Counted from the stretch's first letter, positions 1 to 9,487 are shown. The stretch: 24,000 bases of DNA from Actinomyces israelii DSM 43320 (GCF_000711965.1 NZ_JONS01000013.1:10545-34544); one strand, 5' to 3'. Program-made: numbers and translations. The notes: a model not told the origin generated them from the sequence alone.

Positions 1-588
1 GGTGGCGCGCTCTACGCCTGCCCTACAATGGTGGCGGAGCGACCGGGGGGGCCGACGCTCGCCATGGATGTCATCCTGCCCAACAGGGTCATCTCCCCCG
101 CCGGCCTGCCGGCGAGCACCTGGGGCGAGGCGACCCGGCTCCTCACCGCCGCCCAGGCGGAGGACCGCGCCGCCGGGGTGCGCCTCCGGCTCCCCCGGCT
201 CGGCCTGTCCTCACAGCCCACCGACCTCACCGGCGTCGTCGAGTCCCTCGGCGTGCGTCTGGGCAGTCAGGACCATATCGGGCCGAACGTGCTCGTGGAC
301 CAGATCGTCCAGCAGGTCAGGCTCACCGTCGCCGAGGAGGGGACAGTGGCCGCCGCCCTGACCGAGATCACCGCTCGTTCTGGGGCGCTCGCGGGCTGGG
401 AGGAGGACTTCGTCGTCGACCATCCCTACGTCCTGCGGATCGTGGACCAGGCCTCCGGCATCGCACTCATCGAGGCCGCCGTCCTGGACCCCGCCGCCGG
501 CTCGCGGCCCCGGTGCCCGGTGCTGGTCGAGGGCGCGAGCAGGTTGAGGGCGCGGCTCAGTCGGAGGAGGCGAGGACCGAGTCGATGA
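1..588 (+). CDS. serpin-family protein, C-terminal part (5' end lies outside the window)
   Basis: Frame 1 is open from base 1. The translation has the serpin hinge/reactive-centre loop 'EEGTVAAALTEITARSG' followed by 'FVVDHPYVLRIVD', which resembles the serpin C-terminal FxxDxPFLFxI signature. Upstream it has 'LAMDVILP' and 'VRLRLPRLGL'. The stop at 586-588 overlaps the convergent HAD gene by 32 nt. Confidence 0.7.
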   Translation, partial: GGALYACPTMVAERPGGPTLAMDVILPNRVISPAGLPASTWGEATRLLTAAQAEDRAAGVRLRLPRLGLSSQPTDLTGVVESLGVRLGSQDHIGPNVLVDQIVQQVRLTVAEEGTVAAALTEITARSGALAGWEEDFVVDHPYVLRIVDQASGIALIEAAVLDPAAGSRPRCPVLVEGASRLRARLSRRRRGPSR

Positions 589-1351
589 GGGAGGCCACCG
601 ACGTCGTCGTGCGCTCGCAGACGGCCAGGACCTCGGGCGGCGAGCCGTTCATGGCGACGGCGTGGTCGGCGGTCTCGTGCATGGAGATGTCGTTCCACGA
701 GTCGCCAACGCTCCAGGTCTCGATGCGCTCGCCCCGGCAGGGGCCGTCGTCGGCGGCGAGACGCTCGACCAGCACGGTCAGGCCCGCGCCCTTGGAGGAG
801 CCGGCGGGGACGATGTCGAGGAAGTTCTGGTTGTGGAAGCCCACGGCCACGTCGCCCCAGCGGCGCGCGACCTCGGCCTGCATGTGCGCCATGAGCGCCG
901 GGTCGGCGATGCGCAGCGGGACGCCGACGACGGTGCGTCCGGCCAGGTCGGCGCGGGAGGCCCTGGAGAACAGTGTGAGCAGGGCCGTGTCGGAGCCGAT
1001 CGAGTCGTAGAGCTGGAGGTCGCCCTCGAGCGTGGTGGCGAAGACGGTGACGCCGGTCTCGCCCTCGAGCAGGTCGAGGACCTCCTCGGCCAGGCCGTCG
1101 GGCAGGGTCCGGGCCTCCAGGACGTCGTAGCCGCCGTCGGCCAGGGCGGCGCCGGTGTAGAGCACGGAGTAGTCGAAGGCCAGGTCGGAGCCGCTCAGAG
1201 CCGAGTGCAGGGCGGCCACCGAGCGCCCGGTGTTGGGCACGAGGAGGTTGCCGGCGTCGCGCCAGCGCGTCATGGCGTCCAGGTCGTCCTGGGAGATTGC
1301 CGCGTTGAACAGGAGCGTGCCATCGATGTCGGTGGACAGGAGCTTGCGCAT
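557..1351 (-). CDS. Cof-type HAD-IIB family hydrolase (sugar-phosphatase-like)
   Basis: 264-aa ORF. It has HAD motif I 'STDIDGTLL' at the N-terminus, motif IV 'GDSWNDISM' near the C-terminus, and a cap-domain length typical of the Cof subfamily. Confidence 0.85.
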   Translation of the reverse strand: MRKLLSTDIDGTLLFNAAISQDDLDAMTRWRDAGNLLVPNTGRSVAALHSALSGSDLAFDYSVLYTGAALADGGYDVLEARTLPDGLAEEVLDLLEGETGVTVFATTLEGDLQLYDSIGSDTALLTLFSRASRADLAGRTVVGVPLRIADPALMAHMQAEVARRWGDVAVGFHNQNFLDIVPAGSSKGAGLTVLVERLAADDGPCRGERIETWSVGDSWNDISMHETADHAVAMNGSPPEVLAVCERTTTSVASLIDSVLASSD

Positions 1352-1393
1352 CGCCCCAGCCTACGGGGCAGGGCGGGGTCCGGGGGCGCCGTC

Positions 1394-1433
1394 GGACCGA
1401 TCTCGGTGCGGAAGTGGACCGATCCCGGCGAAG
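1394..1433 (+). repeat. tandem-unit intergenic repeat, copy A (GGACCGATCTCGGTGC-GGAAGTGGACCGATCCCGGCGAAG)
   Basis: Two direct ~22-nt units aligning with copies B, C and D. It lies in the 122-nt nadE-HAD spacer, in the opposite orientation to both genes. Confidence 0.7.
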
Positions 1434-1473
1434 GGGCGCGGCGGGGCGCAGCGCACGGCGCGCCCCGGCGCGC

Positions 1474-3753
1474 TCAGGCAGGCGGAACGTTGCGCTCGAG
1501 CTCGGCGATCCAGGCGGCTGCGCCGGCGTCCGAGGGCATGCGCCAGTCGCCGCGCGGGGACAGCGAGCCGCCCGCGACCACCTTCGGCCCGTTGGGCAGC
1601 GTGGAGCGCTTGAACTGGTTGGAGAAGAACCGGCGGAGGAACAGCAGCTCCCACCTCCTGATGGCCGCCAGGTCGTAGGCGACCCGCTCCTCCTCCGGCA
1701 GCCCGACCGGCCACCGGCCCTCACCCGCGTCCGCCCAGGCCTTCTCCGCCAGGAAGGCGATGCGGCTCGGCCGGGACCCGCGGCGCAGCACGTGCCACAG
1801 GGTGAAGTCCTGCAGGGCGTAGGGGCCGATCCTGGCCTGGGTGGACTGGATGGGCTCGCCGTCGTCGGCGGGCACCAGCTCGGGGCTGATCTCGGTGCCG
1901 AGGACGGCCAGCAGCACCCGCCCGACGTCGTCGGAGAAGATCCGCTCGGACACCACCCAGCGGATGAGGTGCTGGATGAGGGTCTTGGGGATGCCGGCAT
2001 TGACCCCGTAGTGGGCCATCTGGTCGCCCACCCCGAAGGTGCACCAGCCCAGGGCCAGCTCGGACAGGTCGCCGGTGCCCAGCACGATGCCGCCGCGCCG
2101 GCCCGCGATGCGGAACAGGAAGTCGGTACGCAGCCCGGCCTGGACGTTCTCGAAGGTGACGTCGTAGACCTCGCGCCCGCGCTCGCCGCGCCCGTAGGGG
2201 TGGTCCATGGCGGCGAGCATCTGCTCGGCGGCGGGACGGATGTCGAGCTCCTCGACGTGGCAGCCGAGCGAGCGGGCCAGGGCGAGCGCGTTCCGCCTGG
2301 TCTCGGCGCTCGTGGCGAAGCCGGGCATGGTGATGGCGTGGACGTGCTCGCGGCCAAGGCCGAGGCGGTCCACGGCGCGGGCGGCCACAATGAGCGCGTG
2401 GGTGGAGTCCAGCCCGCCGCTGACGCCGATGACGATCCTGGGCAGCCCGATCGCGCGCAGCCGCTGGACCAGGGCGGCGACCTGGATGCTGTAGGCCTCG
2501 TAGCAGTCCTGGGCGAGGCGGGCAGGGTCGTCGGGGACGAAGGGGAAGCGGTCCACGGCGCGGCGTAGGCCGATGTCGGTGCGCGGCGCCCGCAGCGTCC
2601 GCCGCCCGATGCGCACGGTGCGGAAGCGACCGGGCCCGACGGCGTCCGCAGCGCCGGGCGCGGGGGCGCCGTCGGGCCCGGGGTGCCCCCGCCCGGGGCG
2701 CCCTGGCCCGCCGAGGGCGAGCGCCGCGCGGTTGTCGTCGAAGGAGCCCTGGCGCAGCCGCTCGGCGCGCAGCCCCTCGATATCGACGTCGATGACCGTG
2801 GCGCGCGGCCCGTCGGGGAAGCGCTCGGTCTCCCCCAGGAGGTCGCCGTTCTCATAGACGAAGGTCTGACCGTCCCAGGCCAGGTCCGTGGACGACTCGC
2901 CCTGCCCGGCGGCCGCGAACACGTAGGCGGCCAGGCCCCGCGAGCTGGAGGCGCGCGCCAGGAGCTTGCGGTCCTCGGCCCGGCCCACGGTGATGGGCGA
3001 GCCGGAGAGGTTGACCAGCACGGTCGCCCCGGCCAGGGCCGCCAGCGACGACGGCGGCACGGGCACCCACATGTCCTCGCAGACCTCCACGTGGAAGGTC
3101 AGGCCCGGCACGTCGGCGACCTCGAAGAGCAGGTTCGGGCCGAAGGGCACGCCAGCGCCGCCCTCCCGGTTCCCGACGGCGGGGGTCGCCCCTGCGCCGT
3201 CGCGGTGCCCGACGGCGCCGCCCTCCCCTGCGCCGTCGCGGACTCCCGGCAGGGAGATCCGCCGGGCCGCCGCGCTGCGCCCGTCGGCGCCGTCGGCGAA
3301 GTGCCGCTTCTCGTAGAACTCGCGGTAGGTGGGCAGGTAGGACTTCGGGACGACGCCGCGCACGGCCCCGCCCTGGATGACGACAGCACAGTTGTACAGG
3401 CGGTTGCCCTCCCGCAGGGGCGCGCCGACGACGATCGCCGGCAGGAGCCCGGCGGAGGCCGCGCGGATGGTCTCGATGGCGGCGAGGACCTCGTCAAGCA
3501 GCACGTCGCCGAGCAGCAGGTCGTCGATGGAGTAGCCGGTCAGGCTGAGCTCGGGGAAGGCGGCCAGGCACACGCCGTCGTCGGACAGGGTGCGGGCCTG
3601 CTCAATGATCGCCGTCGCGTTGGCGGCGGGGTTCGCCAGTGCGACGGGCAGGGTGACGGCGGCCACGCGCGCGAAGCCCTGGTCGTAGGCGGAGCGGAAC
3701 TCGATGGCCGGCCGGCCGGTGGCGGGGGGCGGCGTGGGTGCGTCCTGGTGCAT
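1474..3753 (-). CDS. nadE: glutamine-dependent NAD(+) synthetase (N-terminal CN-hydrolase/glutaminase domain + C-terminal NAD synthetase domain)
   Basis: 759-aa ORF. The N-terminus has the nitrilase-type 'AAFPELSLTGY' and 'EVCEDMW' catalytic Cys region. The C-terminus has the ATP-pyrophosphatase P-loop 'GVSGGLDST'. SD GGGAGGA lies 7 nt upstream of the ATG at 3753. Confidence 0.9.
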   Translation of the reverse strand: MHQDAPTPPPATGRPAIEFRSAYDQGFARVAAVTLPVALANPAANATAIIEQARTLSDDGVCLAAFPELSLTGYSIDDLLLGDVLLDEVLAAIETIRAASAGLLPAIVVGAPLREGNRLYNCAVVIQGGAVRGVVPKSYLPTYREFYEKRHFADGADGRSAAARRISLPGVRDGAGEGGAVGHRDGAGATPAVGNREGGAGVPFGPNLLFEVADVPGLTFHVEVCEDMWVPVPPSSLAALAGATVLVNLSGSPITVGRAEDRKLLARASSSRGLAAYVFAAAGQGESSTDLAWDGQTFVYENGDLLGETERFPDGPRATVIDVDIEGLRAERLRQGSFDDNRAALALGGPGRPGRGHPGPDGAPAPGAADAVGPGRFRTVRIGRRTLRAPRTDIGLRRAVDRFPFVPDDPARLAQDCYEAYSIQVAALVQRLRAIGLPRIVIGVSGGLDSTHALIVAARAVDRLGLGREHVHAITMPGFATSAETRRNALALARSLGCHVEELDIRPAAEQMLAAMDHPYGRGERGREVYDVTFENVQAGLRTDFLFRIAGRRGGIVLGTGDLSELALGWCTFGVGDQMAHYGVNAGIPKTLIQHLIRWVVSERIFSDDVGRVLLAVLGTEISPELVPADDGEPIQSTQARIGPYALQDFTLWHVLRRGSRPSRIAFLAEKAWADAGEGRWPVGLPEEERVAYDLAAIRRWELLFLRRFFSNQFKRSTLPNGPKVVAGGSLSPRGDWRMPSDAGAAAWIAELERNVPPA

Positions 3754-3863
3754 GTGACGATCCTCCCACGGACGTCGGGGCGGGGCGCGGGGCGGGCTGC
3801 GGGCAGCCGAAGGGCCTCCCGTGAGGCGCCTCCGGCGCCCTGGGAGCCCCTCAGAACCCCCGA

Positions 3864-3916
3864 CGTTACCGATTCGTTACCTTCGGGGAGGAATCGAGAT
3901 CATTTCGTTATCATGG
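3864..3916 (-). repeat. decayed, AT-enriched copy I of the tandem-unit repeat
   Basis: The reverse complement reads AATGATCTCGATTCC..GAAGGTAACGAATCGGTAACG, which aligns to AACCGATCTCGAGCC-GGAAG-TGAACCGATCTCGG with many substitutions. It lies in the nadE upstream region. Confidence 0.35.
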
Positions 3917-3952
3917 ACCCGCGGAATCTCGCGGAATCCCCGTGGGGCGGGA

Positions 3953-3982
3953 TTGGATTTCCGAGCCGGGACCCCCTATAGT
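3953..3982 (+). promoter_or_regulatory. candidate sigma-A type promoter TTGGAT-N18-TATAGT
   Basis: -35 TTGGAT at 3953-3958, an 18-nt spacer, -10 TATAGT at 3977-3982 (fits the actinobacterial TANNNT). It points into a 240-nt ORF-less segment ending in two strong hairpins. Confidence 0.35.
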
Positions 3983-4045
3983 TTTCCTCGTCGGAACGCG
4001 GACGACACGAGGGGATCAGGGACCCTGTTGACTGTCGTCGCGTTC

Positions 4046-4063
4046 GGGGATGTCGCGATTCAG
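4046..4063 (+). repeat. direct repeat GGGGATGTCGCGATTCAG (partner at 4168-4186)
   Basis: About 16/18 identity with one gap to the second copy 122 nt downstream. A shorter relative, GGGGATCAGGGACC, sits at 4012-4025. Confidence 0.5.
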
Positions 4064-4087
4064 GGACCGCGCCCCCGAGCCCGACAC

Positions 4088-4118
4088 GAGGCCCCGCACC
4101 GCAAGGTGTCGGGGCCTC
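4088..4118. terminator. 9-bp GC hairpin GAGGCCCCG-N13-CGGGGCCTC
   Basis: Perfect stem 4088-4096/4110-4118. An alternative, mutually exclusive stem is CCGACAC (4081-4087) with GTGTCGG (4106-4112). On the + strand it is followed by CCTCTGTTCTCC, a weak T tract. Confidence 0.4.
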
Positions 4119-4123
4119 CCTCT

Positions 4124-4163
4124 GTTCTCCGGCAGGTCATGATCGCAACACCTGCCGGAGAAC
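4124..4163. terminator. 14-bp perfect hairpin GTTCTCCGGCAGGT-N12-ACCTGCCGGAGAAC
   Basis: Arms at 4124-4137 and 4150-4163, loop CATGATCGCAAC. It lies 68 nt beyond the TetR stop on the minus strand and downstream of the 3953-3982 promoter on the plus strand. There is no U tract on either strand. Confidence 0.45.
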
Positions 4164-4167
4164 CGCC

Positions 4168-4186
4168 GGGGGACGTCGCGATCAGT
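4168..4186 (+). repeat. direct repeat GGGGGACGTCGCGATCAG (partner of 4046-4063)
   Basis: See 4046-4063. The two copies flank the twin hairpins. Confidence 0.5.
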
Positions 4187-4192
4187 CGAGTC

Positions 4193-4235
4193 CCGGCTCG
4201 GGATCGCTTCGCTTCCGCGCCGAGACCGGTTCACC
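4193..4235 (-). repeat. tandem-unit repeat, copy F (partly decayed)
   Basis: The reverse complement is TGAACCGGTCTCGGCGCGGAAGCGAAGCGATCCCGAGCCGG. Its first TGA is the TetR stop codon (4233-4231). Confidence 0.55.
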
Positions 4236-4941
4236 CGCGGGCATCGGCGTCGATCCGCCACCGCTCCCGCAGCCCGTCCACGAACATGCGGACCTCCGGC
4301 TCCATCGAGGTGGCCAGGCACTGGTCCGCGGCGCTGTCCGGCGTCGTCGAGCACAGCCACTGGATCTGGAGCCCGTCGCTGAGGGCCACGACCGACCGGG
4401 CGATCATCCGCGACGGAGCCTCCGGACGCACGGTGCCCGTCTCCTTCCCCCGCTCCAGCGCCTCCTCGATCATCCTCACCGAGCCCGCCAGATGACTGGC
4501 GAACCACCGGTGAGCCGGATGCTCGGCGTCGAGCACGGACACCGCCGTCGCCGCGTAGATCGCCACGAGGTCCCGGTGAGCCGAGTTGTGCGCGACCAGC
4601 GCCACGAAGGCGTCGAGCAGCTCCCACGGGTCCTCGATCGCGCCACCACCCATCACGCCGACGAAGTCGTCCTGGTCCCGCCGCGCCAGCACCCGGGCGA
4701 AGAGCGCCTCCTTGGAGGAGAAGTGGTGCAGCAGCCCCGCCGTCGAGATGTCCGACGCCGTCGCGATATCGGCCAGGGACGTGCCGGCGTATCCGTGCGC
4801 CCCGAACAGCGCGATGGCCTCGTTGAGGATCCGCTCGCGCTTGTCCTCGCCGCCGGCCCTGGGGCGGCCCGGCTTGCGCCGATCGGCCTCCTCGATCTCG
4901 GAGGGATAGTCACCGGGGGAGGCACTGTCAATACTGTTCAT
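4231..4941 (-). CDS. TetR/AcrR family transcriptional regulator
   Basis: The N-terminal HTH 'RILNEAIALFGAHGYAGTSLADIATASDISTAGLLHHFSSKEALF' is typical of TetR_N. I chose the ATG at 4941 (MNSIDS...). The 82 extra codons in the track ORF are Arg/Ala/Pro-rich and look like noise. No SD is present, so the mRNA may be leaderless. Confidence 0.85.
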   Translation of the reverse strand: MNSIDSASPGDYPSEIEEADRRKPGRPRAGGEDKRERILNEAIALFGAHGYAGTSLADIATASDISTAGLLHHFSSKEALFARVLARRDQDDFVGVMGGGAIEDPWELLDAFVALVAHNSAHRDLVAIYAATAVSVLDAEHPAHRWFASHLAGSVRMIEEALERGKETGTVRPEAPSRMIARSVVALSDGLQIQWLCSTTPDSAADQCLATSMEPEVRMFVDGLRERWRIDADARG

Positions 4942-4989
4942 ACCAGCATTGTGGCACCGGGTCCCGCCCGCGCCCGGCAGGCGCGTCCC

Positions 4990-5030
4990 AATATCTCGAA
5001 CTGATCTCAGCGCGGAACTGATGCGCGCGG
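4990..5030 (+). repeat. decayed copy H of the tandem-unit repeat
   Basis: The sequence AATATCTCGAACTGATCTCAGCGCGGAACTGATGCGCGCGG aligns to GAACCGATCTCGAGCCGG..AACCGATCTCGG. It lies immediately upstream of TetR, in inverted orientation relative to copy F. Confidence 0.4.
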
Positions 5031-5483
5031 GCCCGGCGGCCGCGCGACCATTCTTCGACGGCGGGGCTCGGCTTGTCCGCAGTTCGGGTGCCGCCCCGGG
5101 GACGGCCCGCAACTGGTGCGCACGCGCTCCTTGCGCGCCGGTACGCGGGGCGGCCGCGGCAGGCCGGCACGCATTCGCCCATCGCATAACACCGCGCCCC
5201 CTCCCGGTGCAGCAGCAGTCTATGAGGATTATCCATGGGACTTATGCGAATATGATTTCGAGGATGACCGTGAGAGCTCCGGGAAGGTTCCAGGTGGTTG
5301 ATTCTGAAGGGAGGCTCAATCCTCGCGGTCCTACGTTGGCTCGCGTGGCCGTACCTTAGGCGACCGGCGACCGCGGCCCTCAAGCACGACCGCGAGAGCT
5401 TCGGGTTGTCGCCAGTCCAGGTCGGCCTCCCGGGGGTCCCGGAGAGCCGATGGAGGCCCGACGGCGGACGCCCCGAGTCCCCT

Positions 5484-5568
5484 TGAACCGATCTCGAGCC
5501 GGAAGCGGACCGATCTCGGCGAACGGGCGGCGGCCGCCGCCGGTGGACGGGGAGGGTGCCGGCGCGGG
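5484..5568 (+). repeat. tandem-unit repeat, copy B, with downstream GGGGAGGGTGCCGGCG box
   Basis: TGAACCGATCTCGAGCCGGAAGCGGACCGATCTCGGCGAACGGG occupies 5484-5529. Its first 22 nt are identical to copy C. The box GGGGAGGGTGCCGGCGCGGG lies at 5549-5568. Confidence 0.8.
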
Positions 5569-6012
5569 CACCTACAGCGTCCCGAACGAGAGCACCTCCA
5601 CGGCCACCCACACGCAGAAGTCAGCCGGCTGCTGACCCTGAGGCGGAGGAGGGCATCATTCCTTTGCCGACGCTCAACCCGCCACAAGCAGCAACGCACC
5701 CAGCGTAAGCATGAGCGAAGCGGCTACATGCCGCTCACTACTCAACCTGGATATCACTGGGTCTCACCACGTACCCCAAAGAGCGCAGAAAAGGTCCCGG
5801 CCCAGCGCGCACCATAATGAGAGGCCTGGTCAGGGGAGGATTGATTGGGTTTGCAGCATCGGACTGGGGCGAAAGAGACCGATGCCGCCATTTATGTGTT
5901 CTGCATAATATCCGGGACCGAGTCTCACGAGTCGCACGTCCACCCACCCTGCGGAGCGCCTGGCCTCGACGCGGGCCCGGCCCGCCTGCCCCACTTCCCC
6001 GCCCAGAAGCCC

Positions 6013-6052
6013 GGCCGGGGGCGGCAGGTGAACGCGCCTGCCGCCCCCGGCC
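6013..6052 (-). terminator. 16-bp perfect GC hairpin downstream of clpB
   Basis: GGCCGGGGGCGGCAGG (6013-6028), loop TGAACGCG, CCTGCCGCCCCCGGCC (6037-6052). It lies 64 nt past the clpB stop. There is no U tract, which is common in high-GC actinobacteria. Confidence 0.5.
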
Positions 6053-6115
6053 CGCCAGCCGTCGGTGCACGCCGTCCGGCTCAGGCCGGCCTCAGAGCCC
6101 GCCGCCCCGCCAGGC

Positions 6116-8830
<2,715 letters not shown>

Positions 8831-8980
8831 GTGGACCTCCTTGAAGTCGTTCAGACGGCGCAGGTCCTGGCGGGCGGGGCGGTCGGGGGCCCGCTCCTCC
8901 GGTGGTGCCGGTGGCGGTGAGGTCCCGGTCCGCGGGCCCGCGGGGGTCCTGGCGTCTCCGGCCAGTGCAACCTCGCCAGA

Positions 8981-9001
8981 GCTGAGTCTATTCCGCTCAG
9001 C
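8981..9001 (-). promoter_or_regulatory. HAIR-like inverted repeat (candidate HspR operator) overlapping a clpB promoter
   Basis: The minus strand reads GCTGAGC-GGAATAG-ACTCAGC, compared with the HAIR consensus CTTGAGT-N7-ACTCAAG. It sits within TTGCCA-N15-TAGACT (-35/-10 on the minus strand), about 150 nt upstream of the clpB start. hspR is present in this window. Confidence 0.5.
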
Positions 9002-9231
9002 TTACTGGCAAGCCGGGCGCTTTCTGCGATGAGCGCCACACGGGCCCCTTGGCGCGCCCCGCAAAGACGCCGGACCCTTGCACGCGCCGCCCACGGAGGA
9101 CCGGCGCACGCGGCGCCCTTGACACGGAGCCGTCGGGCACGCGGCATGATCGCCGCCAGAACCACGACCGTCGCCGACACCGAGACCTCCGCCGGACGGC
9201 GACCGGCACGGCACCGGTGGCGGCGGCTGTC

Positions 9232-9258
9232 GGCGGCCCCGGGGGTCGCGACCGGCGC
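9232..9258 (+). repeat. 27-bp direct repeat GGCGGCCCCGGGGGTCGCGACCGGCGC (copy 1)
   Basis: 26/27 identical to 9293-9319, with a 61-nt period. It contains the palindromes CCCCGGGG and GGTCGCGACC. Confidence 0.7.
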
Positions 9259-9292
9259 TGCGCGGAGGCCGCGCAGGCTCTCGCTGGCGAGT

Positions 9293-9319
9293 GGCGGCCC
9301 CGGGGGTCGCGAACGGCGC
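9293..9319 (+). repeat. 27-bp direct repeat (copy 2)
   Basis: GGCGGCCCCGGGGGTCGCGAACGGCGC; see 9232-9258. Confidence 0.7.
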
Positions 9320-9330
9320 GATCGCCCCCG

Positions 9331-9397
9331 GCATCGATCTGCCCCGCGGGGGGGGGGCGCCCGGGGAGGGCTGAGCGGGAAGCGGACGGACTCCGGC
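9331..9397 (+). repeat. possible disrupted copy G of the tandem-unit repeat, containing a G10 tract
   Basis: CATCGATCTGCCCCGCGG (unit 1-like) is followed by an insertion containing G10 (9348-9357) and GGGGAGGGCTGAGCG, then GGAAGCGGACGGACTCCGGC (unit 2-like, 9378-9397). Confidence 0.3.
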
Positions 9398-9487
9398 AGT
9401 GGGTACTTCTGCCCACCGCCGCGCCAGGACCATCGCATACGGTGAGAAGTGTTCTTCAGCAACGACTCCAAGCACCGGGAGACACTC

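Noticed and set aside
426-2855. 809-aa ORF on the minus strand, plus other very long ORFs (11391-15281 +, 16049-17782 +, 6065-7615 +, 7727-8920 +, 11890-13899 -)
   Set aside because: These are shadow ORFs typical of about 70% GC DNA. Their translations are Arg/Pro/Ala/Gly-rich with no recognisable motifs. Each overlaps, in another frame or antisense, a gene with clear family signatures (nadE, S9 peptidase, ABC permease, clpB).
4942-5187. N-terminal 82-codon extension of the TetR ORF
   Set aside because: The extension is low-complexity (RPAAAAPRTGAQGARA...) and crosses repeat copy H. The TetR HTH sits at a normal distance from the ATG at 4941.
5200-5935. Possibility that the low-GC islands encode tmRNA, RNase P RNA, SRP RNA or 6S RNA
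   Set aside because: None of the signatures I know are present: no GGGG...TCCACCA tmRNA ends, no GAGGAAAGTCCGGGC RNase P core, no GGAAGCAGCC SRP domain IV, and no long end-to-end rod pairing. The region is kept only as an unassigned candidate region.
9029-9445. ORFs of 138-248 aa on both strands in the clpB/lipoprotein spacer
   Set aside because: All are Arg/Pro/Gly/Ala-rich and mutually overlapping. They lack RBSs and span the direct repeats and the G10 tract, so the region is treated as non-coding.
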